Below, in pieces: positions 9,449 through 19,528 of a stretch of DNA of 64,000 bases. The notes beneath the pieces were generated by a model. That model made no database searches. It was not told the origin of the DNA and saw nothing but the letters and a program-made list of their open reading frames with translations. The DNA is from an uncultured Acidobacteriota bacterium (GTDB taxonomy: Bacteria > Acidobacteriota > Terriglobia > 20CM-2-55-15): the NCBI GenBank assembly GCA_963836435.1, contig CAWIJI010000006.1, positions 62,956 to 126,955 of the forward strand, read 5' to 3'. How positions within the stretch are numbered: position 1 is the first letter of the stretch; each line of letters opens with the position of its first letter. The position numbers were made by a program, and so were the translations under genes.

Positions 9449-11134
9449 TTAACGTTGGCCCGAGGTACCGAACTTCGCGCCCTCCGCCGTCCGCCGCCAC
9501 GTGAAGTATTCGTCGAGAACTTTCATCGACGGCAAGCTGGGCACCGATCCGACGTGCGCGGTCTGTGAGAAATACATGGACCGTGGATCGCGGTCGTCAT
9601 ACGCCGGCCATGCAGGCATACCCGGTCCGTTGGGGTCGCCGTTCTTCGCGAAGTTTGTCCAGTAGACCGCCATCGCCTCGGAGATCGCCTTGTCGGACTC
9701 TGTCGCGCTGGCAGGCAGATGCTGGAAAACATACGCAATCTCGGAACCGTGTGGGGAACCGCGGCCGGCGTTCGGGGAGTCCGCCGGGTAGTCCGGATGC
9801 TGATCGAAGTAGTAGAGGTACGCCTTGCCCTTGCCGTGACTGGCTTGCAGACGCGCCCAGCTCCAGGTCGCCCATCCGAAGGCGGCGTCACGCGTGAGAT
9901 CGCGCGCCGTCTTGGAGACTTTGTCGGGATCCGTGGGATAGGCAGTCAGCAGCCGGTCCGCGTACGGGCCGTAGCGCTGCCGCGTGGCCTGACGATACGC
10001 GTCCGGCGTGGGGGGTACGCCGAAGCTGAGACCCTCGTCGGAGTTGTAACCCACCAGGATGGGCGTGTCGTTGAAGCGCTTGGTCTCATACATCTTGTAC
10101 TGGTCATCGGGGAGCACATGTCCATCGATAACGGGCCAGGTGATACCTTCGCTGCCCGCGGCAGCGGCCACGACTTCCGCGGCGGAGAGCTTGCGCAGAT
10201 CCGCGACGGATGCCGCGCCCGCCTTGGCTGCAAACTCCTGGCCCAGCCGCTCGGCGTCTTTCATCAAGAGCATGTTCTCACCAGGCAACGCGGGCAGGCT
10301 CGGCGGGCCGAACGATCCGCCGCTTTCCGAGATCGCACCGTGAAACAATCCCTTGGCCAGAGGAGACGCCGACAGCATGCTGACCGCGATGCCTCCAGCG
10401 GATTCACCGAAGATGGTCACCTTTCCCGGATCGCCTCCAAAAGCAGCGATGTTTTTCTTCACCCATTGCAGGCCGGCGATCAAGTCCAGCACACCGTAGT
10501 TCCCGGAAACGCGATCCTTCGATTCCGCCGACAATCCAGGGTGGGCCAGGTAGCCCAAGGGGCCCACGCGATAGGCCACGCTCACCACAATGACGCCCTT
10601 GCTGGCCAACCGTTCTCCCGTGGTGAGAGCACCCGCTGTGGAGCCGCCAACAAAGCCTCCTCCATAGATCCACACCATCACCGGCAGCCGCTCGTTGGCC
10701 GCCTTGGCGGGAGTCCAAACGTTGAGGTACAGGCAGTCTTCGCTGCTACCTCCGCCCTGGGGGCCGCCTTGCCTTCCCCTCGCTTGGGCGGGAGCCGGTG
10801 TCGGCGCGGCGCCTCTCCCCCTCCCCCTCCCAGTGGCCTGCGTCCGAATGCCGGAAGGCGATCCGCCCCCGGTGCAGGCGGGCGCAAAGGCGCTCGCCGA
10901 CTTTACGCCGGTCCACTTGGCAGCGGCCTGGGGAGCCCGCCAGCGCAGATCCCCAACCGGGGGAGCAGCGAACGGGATCCCGAGGTAAACGGTCATGCCG
11001 TCGCGCGCCGTTCCTTCCAACTGACCCGTTTCAATCGTGATGGCCGCATTCGCGAGGCTGGCGCACAGTAGGCCGAGCAGCGCGGAAACCACAGCCTGCC
11101 GCCCAGCGCGCTTCCGTGTCATGAAGCGCTTCAT
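9449..11134 (-). CDS. type-B carboxylesterase/lipase family protein, secreted
   Basis: Oxyanion-hole and nucleophile motifs (VWIYGGGFVGGS, FGESAGG) and a signal peptide (MKRFMTRKRAGRQAVVSALLGLLCASLANA). A GR-rich insert GRGRGRGAAPTPAPAQARGRQGGPQGGG sits before the EDCLYLNV motif. Confidence 0.85.
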   Translation of the reverse strand: MKRFMTRKRAGRQAVVSALLGLLCASLANAAITIETGQLEGTARDGMTVYLGIPFAAPPVGDLRWRAPQAAAKWTGVKSASAFAPACTGGGSPSGIRTQATGRGRGRGAAPTPAPAQARGRQGGPQGGGSSEDCLYLNVWTPAKAANERLPVMVWIYGGGFVGGSTAGALTTGERLASKGVIVVSVAYRVGPLGYLAHPGLSAESKDRVSGNYGVLDLIAGLQWVKKNIAAFGGDPGKVTIFGESAGGIAVSMLSASPLAKGLFHGAISESGGSFGPPSLPALPGENMLLMKDAERLGQEFAAKAGAASVADLRKLSAAEVVAAAAGSEGITWPVIDGHVLPDDQYKMYETKRFNDTPILVGYNSDEGLSFGVPPTPDAYRQATRQRYGPYADRLLTAYPTDPDKVSKTARDLTRDAAFGWATWSWARLQASHGKGKAYLYYFDQHPDYPADSPNAGRGSPHGSEIAYVFQHLPASATESDKAISEAMAVYWTNFAKNGDPNGPGMPAWPAYDDRDPRSMYFSQTAHVGSVPSLPSMKVLDEYFTWRRTAEGAKFGTSGQR

Positions 11135-11654
11135 TTCCTCGATCGCTTTCCGTCCGGACATATCTTGCCCTCCTCCCGCGTATCCGAATACCCCTTCGTT
11201 AGCCAAAAGTCAATGAGGCTCCTTCGCGGTCCTGGATCGACGGCAGAGCTCTCAAGCAGCAATTGCACGTCGGGGCTTTTGGTTGTGCATCCTAATCACG
11301 ATCTGCGAAACCGCGGTCAATTTCGAGGGTGTACCGCCTAAAACGCGGGGATTGCCGACGCCGAAACGCGCCGGCAATTCTCCGCTCTTCCCTGCCCCCA
11401 CAACCGTTCGTTCAGAAGTGGATCGCCGCAACCGTCTAGCCGCTTGGATCCTTGTCGGACTCAAGGCGTTCTAAAACGGGCTGCGTTTGAGCAGCCGCGC
11501 TTTTCAGCGGCCCGTTCCAGCCGCTTGTTGAACTGCACCCCGGGCCAACTAACCGAAGAACAAGTGCGGGAGTATCTCGGAGAGTATCGACTCTTTTCTT
11601 TGGTTTGACGCCTGGCCGTTACTATGCTGCGGCGGCGCCGGAGAACTAGATGTC

Positions 11655-11692
11655 TTGACAGCGACGATTAATTCCTTACTATAGAATAAATG
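11655..11692 (+). promoter_or_regulatory. candidate sigma70-type promoter giving a leaderless padR transcript
   Basis: TTGACA at 11655-11660, a 17-nt spacer, then TACTAT at 11678-11683. The padR ATG lies at 11690, so the predicted start site coincides with the start codon. Confidence 0.3.
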
Positions 11693-12028
11693 CCGCGACC
11701 AAACGACGCATTAAGTAATTTCGAACTGATGGTAATGCTGGCTGTGATTCGCCTTGAAAGCAGCGCCTACGGCGTTCCGATCGCCGAGGAAATCGAAAGC
11801 CATAGAGGAAAGGCCGTGTCGATCGGTAGCGTTTACGCCGCGCTGGAGCGACTGGAAGCCAAAGCCTTTGTGAACTCCGAGTTGGGAGAATCGACGGCGG
11901 AACGTGGTGGCCGGGCCAAGCGATATTTCCGGATTACGAGTAAAGGGCTGAGCGAAGTTCAGGAAACGCGACGCACGTTGGTCGAGCTATGGAGCCGTTT
12001 GCCTCGCCTTCAGGGGAAGAAGGCATGA
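11690..12028 (+). CDS. PadR family transcriptional regulator
   Basis: Winged-helix PadR signature (...SNFELMVMLAVIRLESSAYGVPIAEEI...SIGSVYAALERLEAKAFV...). Confidence 0.85.
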   Translation: MPRPNDALSNFELMVMLAVIRLESSAYGVPIAEEIESHRGKAVSIGSVYAALERLEAKAFVNSELGESTAERGGRAKRYFRITSKGLSEVQETRRTLVELWSRLPRLQGKKA

Positions 12029-12711
12029 GCGCGAGGAGGCGCCCGTCGAAGATGGGCGAATGGTTATGGCGGCTTTTCAATGGCAGCCCTCACCGCGACG
12101 CAATCCTGGGAGACATAAACGAACGTTTCGGCCAAGGCAGGTCTCATCTCTGGTATTGGAAAGAGATCATCGTAGCCCTCGTCGCGGGAACCGGAAGTCT
12201 TCCGGGAAGATTCTTTCCTGGTTCGGGAGGACTGATGCTGAAGGACTGCCGCTATGGTTTGTGGATGGGCGCTTTCTTCGCGCCATGTGTTGTCTTTGTG
12301 ACGTTCGTCTTCCCCGCCAACCGCTCTGATGACGAATTCGGCGGGCTGATCCTCGCTGTGTATCTCGCGACGTTTGTGTATTACGCAGCAGCCGGTGTCT
12401 TTTCCGTCCGAAAAAGCAATCGCATACGCGACGGTGTGCGGGTCGGCGCCATCACGGCGGTGATCGGCATGGGCCTCATCTTGGCGGTCTTTGCGCTGAT
12501 GAACAACATCTTTCTGGAGACCGTGTCCCAGCAAGTGGATAAGATTCGCGGGTTTCAATTGCACCATAGCCAGTATTCATCGATGCGCGCCTATATCAAT
12601 TGGGGCATGCTGGGGGGCGCGGTCTTTGGGTTGCCTGTTTTCGGCCTGATCGGTGCCGCCTGCGGTGGACTCGGCGGCATTCTGGCAAAGAACACTGGTG
12701 TTCCAGAATAA
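12025..12711 (+). CDS. PadR-associated membrane protein with 'permease prefix'-like N-terminus
   Basis: ATGA overlap with the padR stop. The N-terminus (EWLWRLFNGSPHRDAILGDINERFGQ) resembles the prefix domain of Acidobacterial PadR-linked permeases. It is followed by 4-5 TM helices. Confidence 0.45.
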   Translation: MSARRRPSKMGEWLWRLFNGSPHRDAILGDINERFGQGRSHLWYWKEIIVALVAGTGSLPGRFFPGSGGLMLKDCRYGLWMGAFFAPCVVFVTFVFPANRSDDEFGGLILAVYLATFVYYAAAGVFSVRKSNRIRDGVRVGAITAVIGMGLILAVFALMNNIFLETVSQQVDKIRGFQLHHSQYSSMRAYINWGMLGGAVFGLPVFGLIGAACGGLGGILAKNTGVPE

Positions 12712-12719
12712 GATCGGAG

Positions 12720-12938
12720 ATCGGAGTTGCATTGAGCATCGAACGCTATATTCAGCAGTTGGACGACATCAAGCGCGACGCCGATGACTTGCTGTCCGAA
12801 ATGACGGATGACCAAGTCAACCGGCAGCCCCGTACAGGACAATGGTCGATCGGACAGTGCTTCAGCCACTTGGTTGTAAGCGGTCACCGCCTCGACACAC
12901 GAAGCGAAAGCCGGCCGCTCCGTGGTTCATGCAGATGA
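12720..12938 (+). pseudogene. DinB-family (DinB_2) protein, N-terminal fragment only
   Basis: ...IERYIQQLDDIKRDADDLLSEMTDDQVNRQPRTGQWSIGQCFSHLVVSGHRLD... matches the DinB_2 N-terminus. The ORF then hits a stop and no continuation is found. Confidence 0.35.
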
Positions 12939-13216
12939 CCGTCAATGTATGCCGCGACATCGGACGCCTCCGGCAGCGGCGGGAGCGGACGTTCCCCGCC
13001 ATCGAAATGGACTGCAAGGATCCCCGGGACGAATAAGTCTGAGCAGCACCGTCTGCTGTTGCGTGAAGCACTCGAGGCGCTTGCCGGCGCTGAACTGCTG
13101 CGCGTTCGGACAGGTATCTGCCAGGTATCAGACAGGTATCTTTTGGGGCATTCAAAAACCTGCCCAGCGACATTGTAGCGCCCAACCATCAACGGCAAAT
13201 CGCACGGAAGTTTGGA

Positions 13217-13657
13217 TTATTGACGGCGAACCGGAGCTGGCATATTGTAGATACAACGTATCTCTGCCTCGACAGTCTCCACAACCAAGTCCTCGCTGCG
13301 ATTGACGAATGATCGCGTTTTCGGATCGTAGCCCCCGAGCAGTTCTCCGATCCGGCGGTCTTGAAGGTTCGGGTCTTTTTCATAGTCGGACAGGCGTCCG
13401 CCCGGCAATCGTTCGAGCCGGTCGGTGGCAAAGGGAGGACGGGCCGCGTAACAGAGCAATCGTTCCAAACGAATCCGATCGTTTTGCGGGATAACAATGG
13501 CGGCATGGAGGGTTGAAACCGGCGGCGGCGGCGCACAACGAGAGGATCTCTCTTCGATCGCCTCCGGTTCAATTGCGCCTCCAGCCAGCGTGACGCGCCG
13601 GCCCAGCCCGGAAACGGGACGGCTCCAACGTGTCGCACTCGACGATTCTACAAGCAT
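13217..13657 (-). mobile_element. IS91-family transposase internal fragment
   Basis: The translation (...RVTLAGGAIEPEAIEERSS...NDRIRLERLLCYAARPPFATDRLERLPGGRL...) is near-identical to residues of the 45256..46521 IS91-family transposase. A second frame matches the neighbouring part of the same protein. Confidence 0.6.
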
Positions 13658-13918
13658 GCGTCAAGGCAAACCACACCGGCAGAAGTGCTCAAGATCGGGG
13701 AGCGCGTAATTCGTTGGCCGAATTGCGGTTTCGATAGACGCTGTGACGTTAGTCGAATGCTCAGAGGGGTTCGCGTATACTACTGAAACCAAGACAGACC
13801 AGATTCGGGTGTGTTTGGAGCGACCTTCCTTACCAACATGGTCGGCAAGACGATCGAAGTGGAGGGTGAAACCCAGAGCGGCGGGGATAAGTACGCCGCA
13901 GCCACCCTGACTTAACTC

Positions 13919-15047
13919 ATGAAGTGGAAACCAGTGAATTTCATCGTGATGATTTCGATCCTTCTGCCGTTGATCCTGTCGGCCCAGGAGGATCCGAATT
14001 CGCTTCCGCGGAGAGGTTACTTCGGCGTTGGACTGGAGCAAGGCGAGCACGCGCCCGGATCTTCAGCGTCGCTCCGGATTCCACGGCTGCCGCGGCAGGA
14101 ATCCTGATTGGCGATGCGATCATCAGCGTCGATGGTCGCGCAACGGAGACGCCCAATTCCGTTATCGCTGCCATTGGTCTCCACCGAGCCGGTGACACGG
14201 CCTCCATCGGCGTGATTCGGAACGGGGAGTCGCAAACAATCAGAGCCACTCTGAAGGAATATCCCCGCGAGCACATGTCGAATGCGACGGTGTACTACTC
14301 CTCAGTTGAAGCCCCGCCTGGCGTTCGCCTGGGACCATTCTTTCGGTACCGGCGGCTGCAGCAGACAAGCGGTTTCCGGCAGTGCTTCTGATTCAAGGTG
14401 GTGGTTGCGGCAGAATCGATACGCCGATCGGGCCTCAGGTGGCTCAGCCTGAACTCATGCATGCAACCGGATCCCAGGGCTTCGTTACCATGCGCGTCGA
14501 GAAGTCCGGTGTGGGTGACAGTGAGGGGCCTCCGTGCGCATCGATTGGCTTCAAAGAAGAATTCGAGGGGTACAAAGCCGCGTTCCAGGCTCTTCGATCT
14601 CATCCGGCCGTGGAGAAAGACCGTATCTACCTTCTCGGAATATCGTTGGGAGGCGTTTTTGCGCCACTCCTTGCGGCTGAGACCAGAGTCGCCGGCATCA
14701 TCGTCTATGGAACCTTGGATTCCGCACCCCCTCCCTACGCTGGGCGCAGCGACAGGTTCTTCGAGGAGTTTTCAACGGTTGATGTTGCTGCGGCGTGGAG
14801 GAGGGTGAGTACGCGAGTTCTTGTACTGCGCGGCGAGTACGATGCAGTCGCAAACCGGGCGGACCAGGAAGCCATCGCGAGAACGGTCAATGCGTCCCCG
14901 GGCGGGTCTGCGGAATTCGTCGAACTTCGCGGTCTGGATCACTGTTGGACGCGTCAGCCTTCGGCTACTGCAGGTGAAGAAGCTTGCGGCCGAGGGGAGC
15001 CGACGACGGACCTTGAGGAGACAATCCTCGCGTTCCTTCGATCGTAA
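13919..15047 (+). pseudogene. signal peptide-PDZ-alpha/beta hydrolase gene disrupted by two frameshifts
   Basis: The 13919 frame gives a signal peptide (MKWKPVNFIVMISILLPLILSAQ). The 13924 frame gives a PDZ domain (VAPDSTAAAAGILIGDAIISVDGR...). The 14382 frame gives an alpha/beta hydrolase with a GISLGG nucleophile elbow. The frames join at about 14050 and about 14385. Confidence 0.5.
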
Positions 15048-15204
15048 GGAGTAATGCCCCGCTGACCTGATGTGACCGTTCACACTTCCTGAAGCCAATC
15101 GGCTCGAACGCACTGTTCATGCGTCGATCGGCGCTGACGGCTCGCTGACGGCGTCCATTCTGGAGACATCGATTGGGAGCGGGGCGGCGGGTGTTCCGCT
15201 CCCT

Positions 15205-15966
15205 GTGATCGTTTCTCGACGCGCCTCCCTGTTCCTGACCGGCGCGGAGCGAAAGCATTCCATCGTGCTTTCCTCGCAGGCATACGGCAGCGTTCGTGAT
15301 CTCGAGGGCCGCGCCGTGCCAGGTATCAACGTCGCCGCCATGCGTCTGAGCTACTCCTACGGGCGTCCACAGTTTGCTGAGGCTCTTTCAAAGACGACGG
15401 ATGATCGAGGGGAGTTTCGGATCTTCCCTCTCCCACCCGGAGAGTACTACGTCGGTGTGACGCCCGCCGCGACAGCTGTGCTTCCCGGCCCTACGAATAA
15501 CTGGGTAAAGACTTTCTTCCCTGGTGTGACGGACCCTTTGGCAGCGGCGGCCCTTGTCGTGAGCGACGGAGCGGAAGTCCCTGGAATCGATTTTTCGATC
15601 CAGCCGATTGCCTCGATCCCCACGTTCAAAATCAGCGGTACGGCCACCAATCCACTCGCAGTGCCGGACGCGACAACAGGCGCAGTCAATCCATTCGTGA
15701 ACTATCGCCTTGTTCCAGCGCCCGCTCACGCTGAAATCCGGCGCGACACAGAATTCGCCCTGGGCTGGAAGGTTGACACGATTCCGCTTGCCGGCGCGCA
15801 GGTACGTGCCCTTCGCCATAGAGCGACTCCGTTTGGCGGCGCCGTCACCCTGACAATAATTCCACAGCGCAATCTGGTGTTCGCCGCGGAATCCAACGGT
15901 TCGGACCTCAGTACGATTGACCCCTTCGCCCTGAAGATCGTAGAAGCGTTCGCGTCGAGCCGTTAG
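15205..15966 (+). CDS. CarboxypepD_reg-like domain protein fragment, no signal peptide
   Basis: Motifs TDDRGEFRIFPLPPGEYYVGV and VPGINVAAMRL are present, but there is no signal peptide, so it is probably truncated. Confidence 0.4.
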   Translation: MIVSRRASLFLTGAERKHSIVLSSQAYGSVRDLEGRAVPGINVAAMRLSYSYGRPQFAEALSKTTDDRGEFRIFPLPPGEYYVGVTPAATAVLPGPTNNWVKTFFPGVTDPLAAAALVVSDGAEVPGIDFSIQPIASIPTFKISGTATNPLAVPDATTGAVNPFVNYRLVPAPAHAEIRRDTEFALGWKVDTIPLAGAQVRALRHRATPFGGAVTLTIIPQRNLVFAAESNGSDLSTIDPFALKIVEAFASSR

Positions 15967-16108
15967 TGCCGGCGCGCAAAAGTTTGTCACGCAAACGCCT
16001 GCTTCCCGGACATTCGTTCCAAATCACATAGGGACAAACTGGCACTCCAAGTTTCCCTCCGCGCTTAGTCCAATCGATTTTTAGCTCACCGCCGCGGCAC
16101 TCTACAAT

Positions 16109-16205
16109 TCGGCCCAGGTATGATTCTTCCGTTTTTTTGCTTCTTTCCCGGACTCCGGGGCGTCAGGTGTTTCCTTGTCGGGGGACCTCGCTTCCGAAGG
16201 AGCCC
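16109..16205. repeat. about 95-bp fragment of the IS91-family transposase 3' coding region (solo copy)
   Basis: It is near-identical to 33417-33515 and 45447-45540. The latter lies inside the IS91 tnpA C-terminus, encoding ...KEARKRKNHTWAELIQRVF. Confidence 0.55.
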
Positions 16206-16298
16206 CTCACGATTCTCATTCCTGCCGCCGGCGCGGCGGTCTGCGGCAAGAAAAAGGGTGCCTATGCTATTCTTCGCATCGTGAATATAGAGGAAACA

Positions 16299-16583
16299 AT
16301 GCGGTTCATCCTCGAAAGCCAGGCGCGAGCGGAAGCCCGTGCGGACAGAGCAGATGCCCGTATGGACAGGATGGAGAAAAAGGCCGAACGAGAGATGACG
16401 GCCATACGCAAACTTCTCCACCAGGGTATGAAATCTCTGGCGGAGTTGGCCGAGGCCCAGAAGGAGCTGGCGCAGGCGCAGAAGGAATTGGCCGAGGCGC
16501 AGAAGGATACAGACCGAACTTTGAAGGCGTTCATCAAGAGTCTGAATAACGGACGGCGCCACAATGGAAAGAGCGGCCACTGA
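16299..16583 (+). CDS. hypothetical coiled-coil protein
   Basis: MRFILESQARAEARADRADARMDRMEKK...QKELAQAQKELAEAQKD... A heptad-like low-complexity sequence. No recognisable family. Confidence 0.25.
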   Translation: MRFILESQARAEARADRADARMDRMEKKAEREMTAIRKLLHQGMKSLAELAEAQKELAQAQKELAEAQKDTDRTLKAFIKSLNNGRRHNGKSGH

Positions 16584-16918
16584 CTTTTTTCTCCCGCCCG
16601 GTATGTGGGCAATCCGGCCGCATCGTGCGTGCAGGTCCGAATCCCGCTGATGGATGAGAGCTTACGGACCGCGCAAAAATAACGCGGCATTTGGGGTTCT
16701 GCCGGCACCGCGGAGCGGAGAACGTGGCCGGCACAGCTTCGCCGCGCACTCCATATCGGTCTTGAGGAAGGCCTGCTATGCCTCCGAACCAGATTTACTG
16801 GAGTCGCGCCGCCGCCGGTGGCACCGTCCTTCTCCCTGTCGGCCGGGCGCGCCCGCCCGAAAGCTTCTACGTTCCGACGAAAAGGCACTCGATGTGCAAC
16901 AAGTATGGAGAGGGCACG

Positions 16919-17515
16919 ATGACGACTCAAATCTTTGCTTCCGGTGTGTTCTTCATCCTTGCCGGGCTTGTCGTTTGGCTGTTCGGCTACGGCATATGGC
17001 GCATTCTGCTGGCTTTGACGGGGGCGGTTTACGGGTTCGTGATTGGAACCACGCTTGTCGAGCCTGTACAAGGACTGCCATCTGTTGTCTTTGGAATCGC
17101 TGGAGCCATCCTTCTGGCGCTGCTTGCGTATTTTCTCTGGAGCGTGGCAGCCCTGATCTATGGAATGTTCCTGGGCGTCGGCCTCGGCGTGTGGGCCGCC
17201 AGGCTCTCGAACGCGCCGGAAAGCACCCAGACGATGACCGTGTTTGTGATCGCCGGTGCGATTGCCGGCATTGTTCTCGCATATTTCCTCAAAGACCAGG
17301 TCATCATGCTGGCAACCGCGCTCTCCGGCGCCGCCGCAATTCTCTATGGCGCACAGATGACAATGCCGGGCGCAGCCCGTCTCACGACCGGCAATAACGC
17401 GGTCCTCGGCTTTTTCATCTGGGTTGTCGGCGGACTCCTTGGTTATGCCATCCAGAACTCGATATTCAATCGACGTCTTACCGGTTCTCTTGGAGGCTAC
17501 CGGCGCGCCGCCTGA
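16919..17515 (+). CDS. integral membrane protein (DUF4203-like, 6-7 TM helices)
   Basis: Hydrophobic helices run from MTTQIFASGVFFILAGLVVWLFGYGIWRILLAL... to the C-terminus. The start is taken at the Met that precedes the first helix. Confidence 0.45.
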   Translation: MTTQIFASGVFFILAGLVVWLFGYGIWRILLALTGAVYGFVIGTTLVEPVQGLPSVVFGIAGAILLALLAYFLWSVAALIYGMFLGVGLGVWAARLSNAPESTQTMTVFVIAGAIAGIVLAYFLKDQVIMLATALSGAAAILYGAQMTMPGAARLTTGNNAVLGFFIWVVGGLLGYAIQNSIFNRRLTGSLGGYRRAA

Positions 17516-17516
17516 T

Positions 17517-17600
17517 GGTTAAGTTGGGGTGCTTTACCCTGAAGGATGGGCTCCGAAGCGGGCCGGGCAGGCCGCTATTTTTCCGGACTGGCGCATCGGC
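17517..17600. repeat. structured about 80-bp repeat family, copy A
   Basis: The core gttaagttggggtgcttcaccc.gaaggatgg.ctccgaagcgggccgggcaggccgctattttccgg.ctgg contains hairpins GGGTGcttCACCC and GGCCgggcaGGCC. Four copies occur in the window. Confidence 0.6.
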
Positions 17601-17780
17601 ATTTCGAATCACTCGATTCGAAATCTGTGGCGAAGCGCCACGAAGGAAGCGCCGCTCCTGCAAGTTCAGGATCGCCAATCAGCGGCAGATCGTCAAACTG
17701 GACAACCTCACCCTCTTTGATGGAGAACCGACGGCCTTGCGATGCGTACTGCAACGTAAACATTTGCTGGAAGGTGTGTG

Positions 17781-18230
17781 TCACTCAACCCAGAGGACTT
17801 CCAGCCCGAGTAGTTGAGCGACATCTCTCTGGCGGGAATCGGAGGTGATGAATGGCAGACCTCTGGGAAATCGATCGAGCAAGACGGTGGCGCTCGCGAG
17901 ATGTATTGCGTCGAGAGCGCGGACGTCAAAATCCGCCACGTAGCGTTCGGCTTTCTCCAGAACAGATTCGGCCAGCTCTACCAGGCGGAACTTCAAACGA
18001 TGCTGAGAGAATCGCTTCGCCAACGCCGCATGCGATCTTTCATCAATGGCGCCGGATGTCAGATTGCGGCGGAACGCGGACGTCAATTCCACGCCCGCTA
18101 TCGACGACGTCATTACCAGGTGCGTGCGAACAAGTCGCCGGGCTTTATCGGATCCAGCTTCACGGACATAGTTCTTTGCAAGAACGCTGCTGTCAAAGTA
18201 GGCGGCCGATGGGGCTTTCTCATTGATCAC
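17781..18230 (-). CDS. vapC: type II toxin-antitoxin system VapC-family toxin (PIN domain)
   Basis: PIN signature (AYFDSSVLAKNY...LDAIHLASA...) and an overlap with the upstream antitoxin gene. Confidence 0.8.
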   Translation of the reverse strand: MINEKAPSAAYFDSSVLAKNYVREAGSDKARRLVRTHLVMTSSIAGVELTSAFRRNLTSGAIDERSHAALAKRFSQHRLKFRLVELAESVLEKAERYVADFDVRALDAIHLASATVLLDRFPRGLPFITSDSRQRDVAQLLGLEVLWVE

Positions 18231-18498
18231 GCAGTTCCCTCAAGGTTTTTGACAGCAACACGCCCTTCAAACTCAGGGGCTTCCATGAGTCACGGATGAG
18301 CCCAGCCTTCATGTTCGGTCTTAATAGGCCTTCCTGCTCAAGCTCCAGCAGAGTTTCTTCCTCCGAAGCCGCTTTCGAATATGGTTGAATTGTCGCGATA
18401 GGATTGCCTCTCTCCGTTAAAACAACAATTTTCCCCGCTTTGACCGCTTTAATGGCCTTGGAAAAACTCTGATTGGCTTCCCGTAGCCCCATTCTCAT
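18220..18498 (-). CDS. type II antitoxin (Phd/YefM-like) partner of VapC
   Basis: A 92-aa protein whose gene overlaps vapC by 11 nt. The N-terminal ...LREANQSFSKAIKAVKAGKIVVLTERGNPIATIQPY is typical of Phd/YefM-type antitoxins. Confidence 0.65.
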   Translation of the reverse strand: MRMGLREANQSFSKAIKAVKAGKIVVLTERGNPIATIQPYSKAASEEETLLELEQEGLLRPNMKAGLIRDSWKPLSLKGVLLSKTLRELRDQ

Positions 18499-19210
18499 GT
18501 TTTCAACCTCACTACGTCACTACATTACCATTACAGCAGCAAAAGCTGAACTTGATTCCGGGGTTCGCACGATTCGGATCAATCGAAACTGGCTCCGGGC
18601 CGTAGATGGTGCCTTCCAGCGTGACCAGAGCGTTCCGCGCCTTCGTGATTCTCAGCAACTCCTTCATACGCACCTATGGATTCCGGGGATCATTCAACAA
18701 TTGTTCAGCACGTCAGTCATGCGGCCATCGGCCTTAATCGTTGCGACGAAATCCTGACGATCCGCGGCATGACTTCCTTCATGCGCTACCGTCTCTTTGT
18801 TCTTAATGTTGTCTCTTTGAATCCAAACCTTCATTGTGGCCGTGAAACAATCGTTAGCGAAAGCGAGCGGTCCGCGAACAACTTCTCCAGCTCGATCGCG
18901 CAATTTATCGGCGAAACCCACCGTTACCCCGTTGTCCTTCCCGCGCTCCCCATAAGCTCTCGCAAACAGGGAGGGCGGATTATTGAGACATGAGGAAACG
19001 GGCGGATTTCTGATGCTTTGGATTGAACCGTTTGCGGCCTCCGCCCTTCACCTTGTGGAAACATGTTGAAACATGGTGCTTTCGCATCTACAAATTTATC
19101 TACAGTCCGACTTCGTCAGCATCTACAAATTCGCCTACAGCCCAAAGAACGCAGGTAGAAAAAAACTCCAGGTTTTTTCTGGCTTATGCGCTAGGGAATG
19201 AACTCAGAAG

Positions 19211-19459
19211 TTACGTGTTCGAACGGCCGCGTCGCATCTTTTCAGCCTCTTCTTTCGTAAGCGCTATGGCCGGAGCACTCTGTCGTTCCTGCTCAACTTG
19301 AACAACCGTGAGTTGGCGGCCAAGCCTCTTTTCAATAGTAGGAATCATCTCGTCGAAGTCCGGCACTGTAACGATCTCAAGCCCTTCAGGGTTCGGCCTC
19401 GCCGTCAACTCTCCGTAGGCACCGACTTCATAAATCTCGATGGATTTGTTTGGCGGCAT
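19211..19459 (-). CDS. hypothetical small protein
   Basis: An 82-aa ORF between two TA modules with no recognisable family. It lies in a lower-GC stretch. Confidence 0.2.
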   Translation of the reverse strand: MPPNKSIEIYEVGAYGELTARPNPEGLEIVTVPDFDEMIPTIEKRLGRQLTVVQVEQERQSAPAIALTKEEAEKMRRGRSNT

Positions 19460-19528
19460 GACGGGAACCAGGATCGGCAGAAACTCATATCCGTCCCGAG
19501 GAGTTTTTCGGTCGCAGACCTTCCGCCT

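Noticed and set aside
11121-11134. Palindrome ATGAAGCGCTTCAT at the carboxylesterase start
   Set aside because: It is a 14-bp perfect palindrome, but it simply encodes Met-Lys-Arg-Phe-Met on both strands by chance. There is no flanking regulatory context.
16262-17071. 269-aa minus-strand ORF spanning the coiled-coil gene and the membrane-protein gene
   Set aside because: It runs antisense across two better-supported plus-strand genes and an IS91 fragment, and has no motifs.
18676-18993. Overlapping plus and minus small ORFs (18676..18993 plus, 18694..18921 minus) between the two VapBC modules
   Set aside because: Neither strand gives a recognisable family. The region is lower-GC and may be a decayed gene, but there is insufficient evidence to call either ORF.
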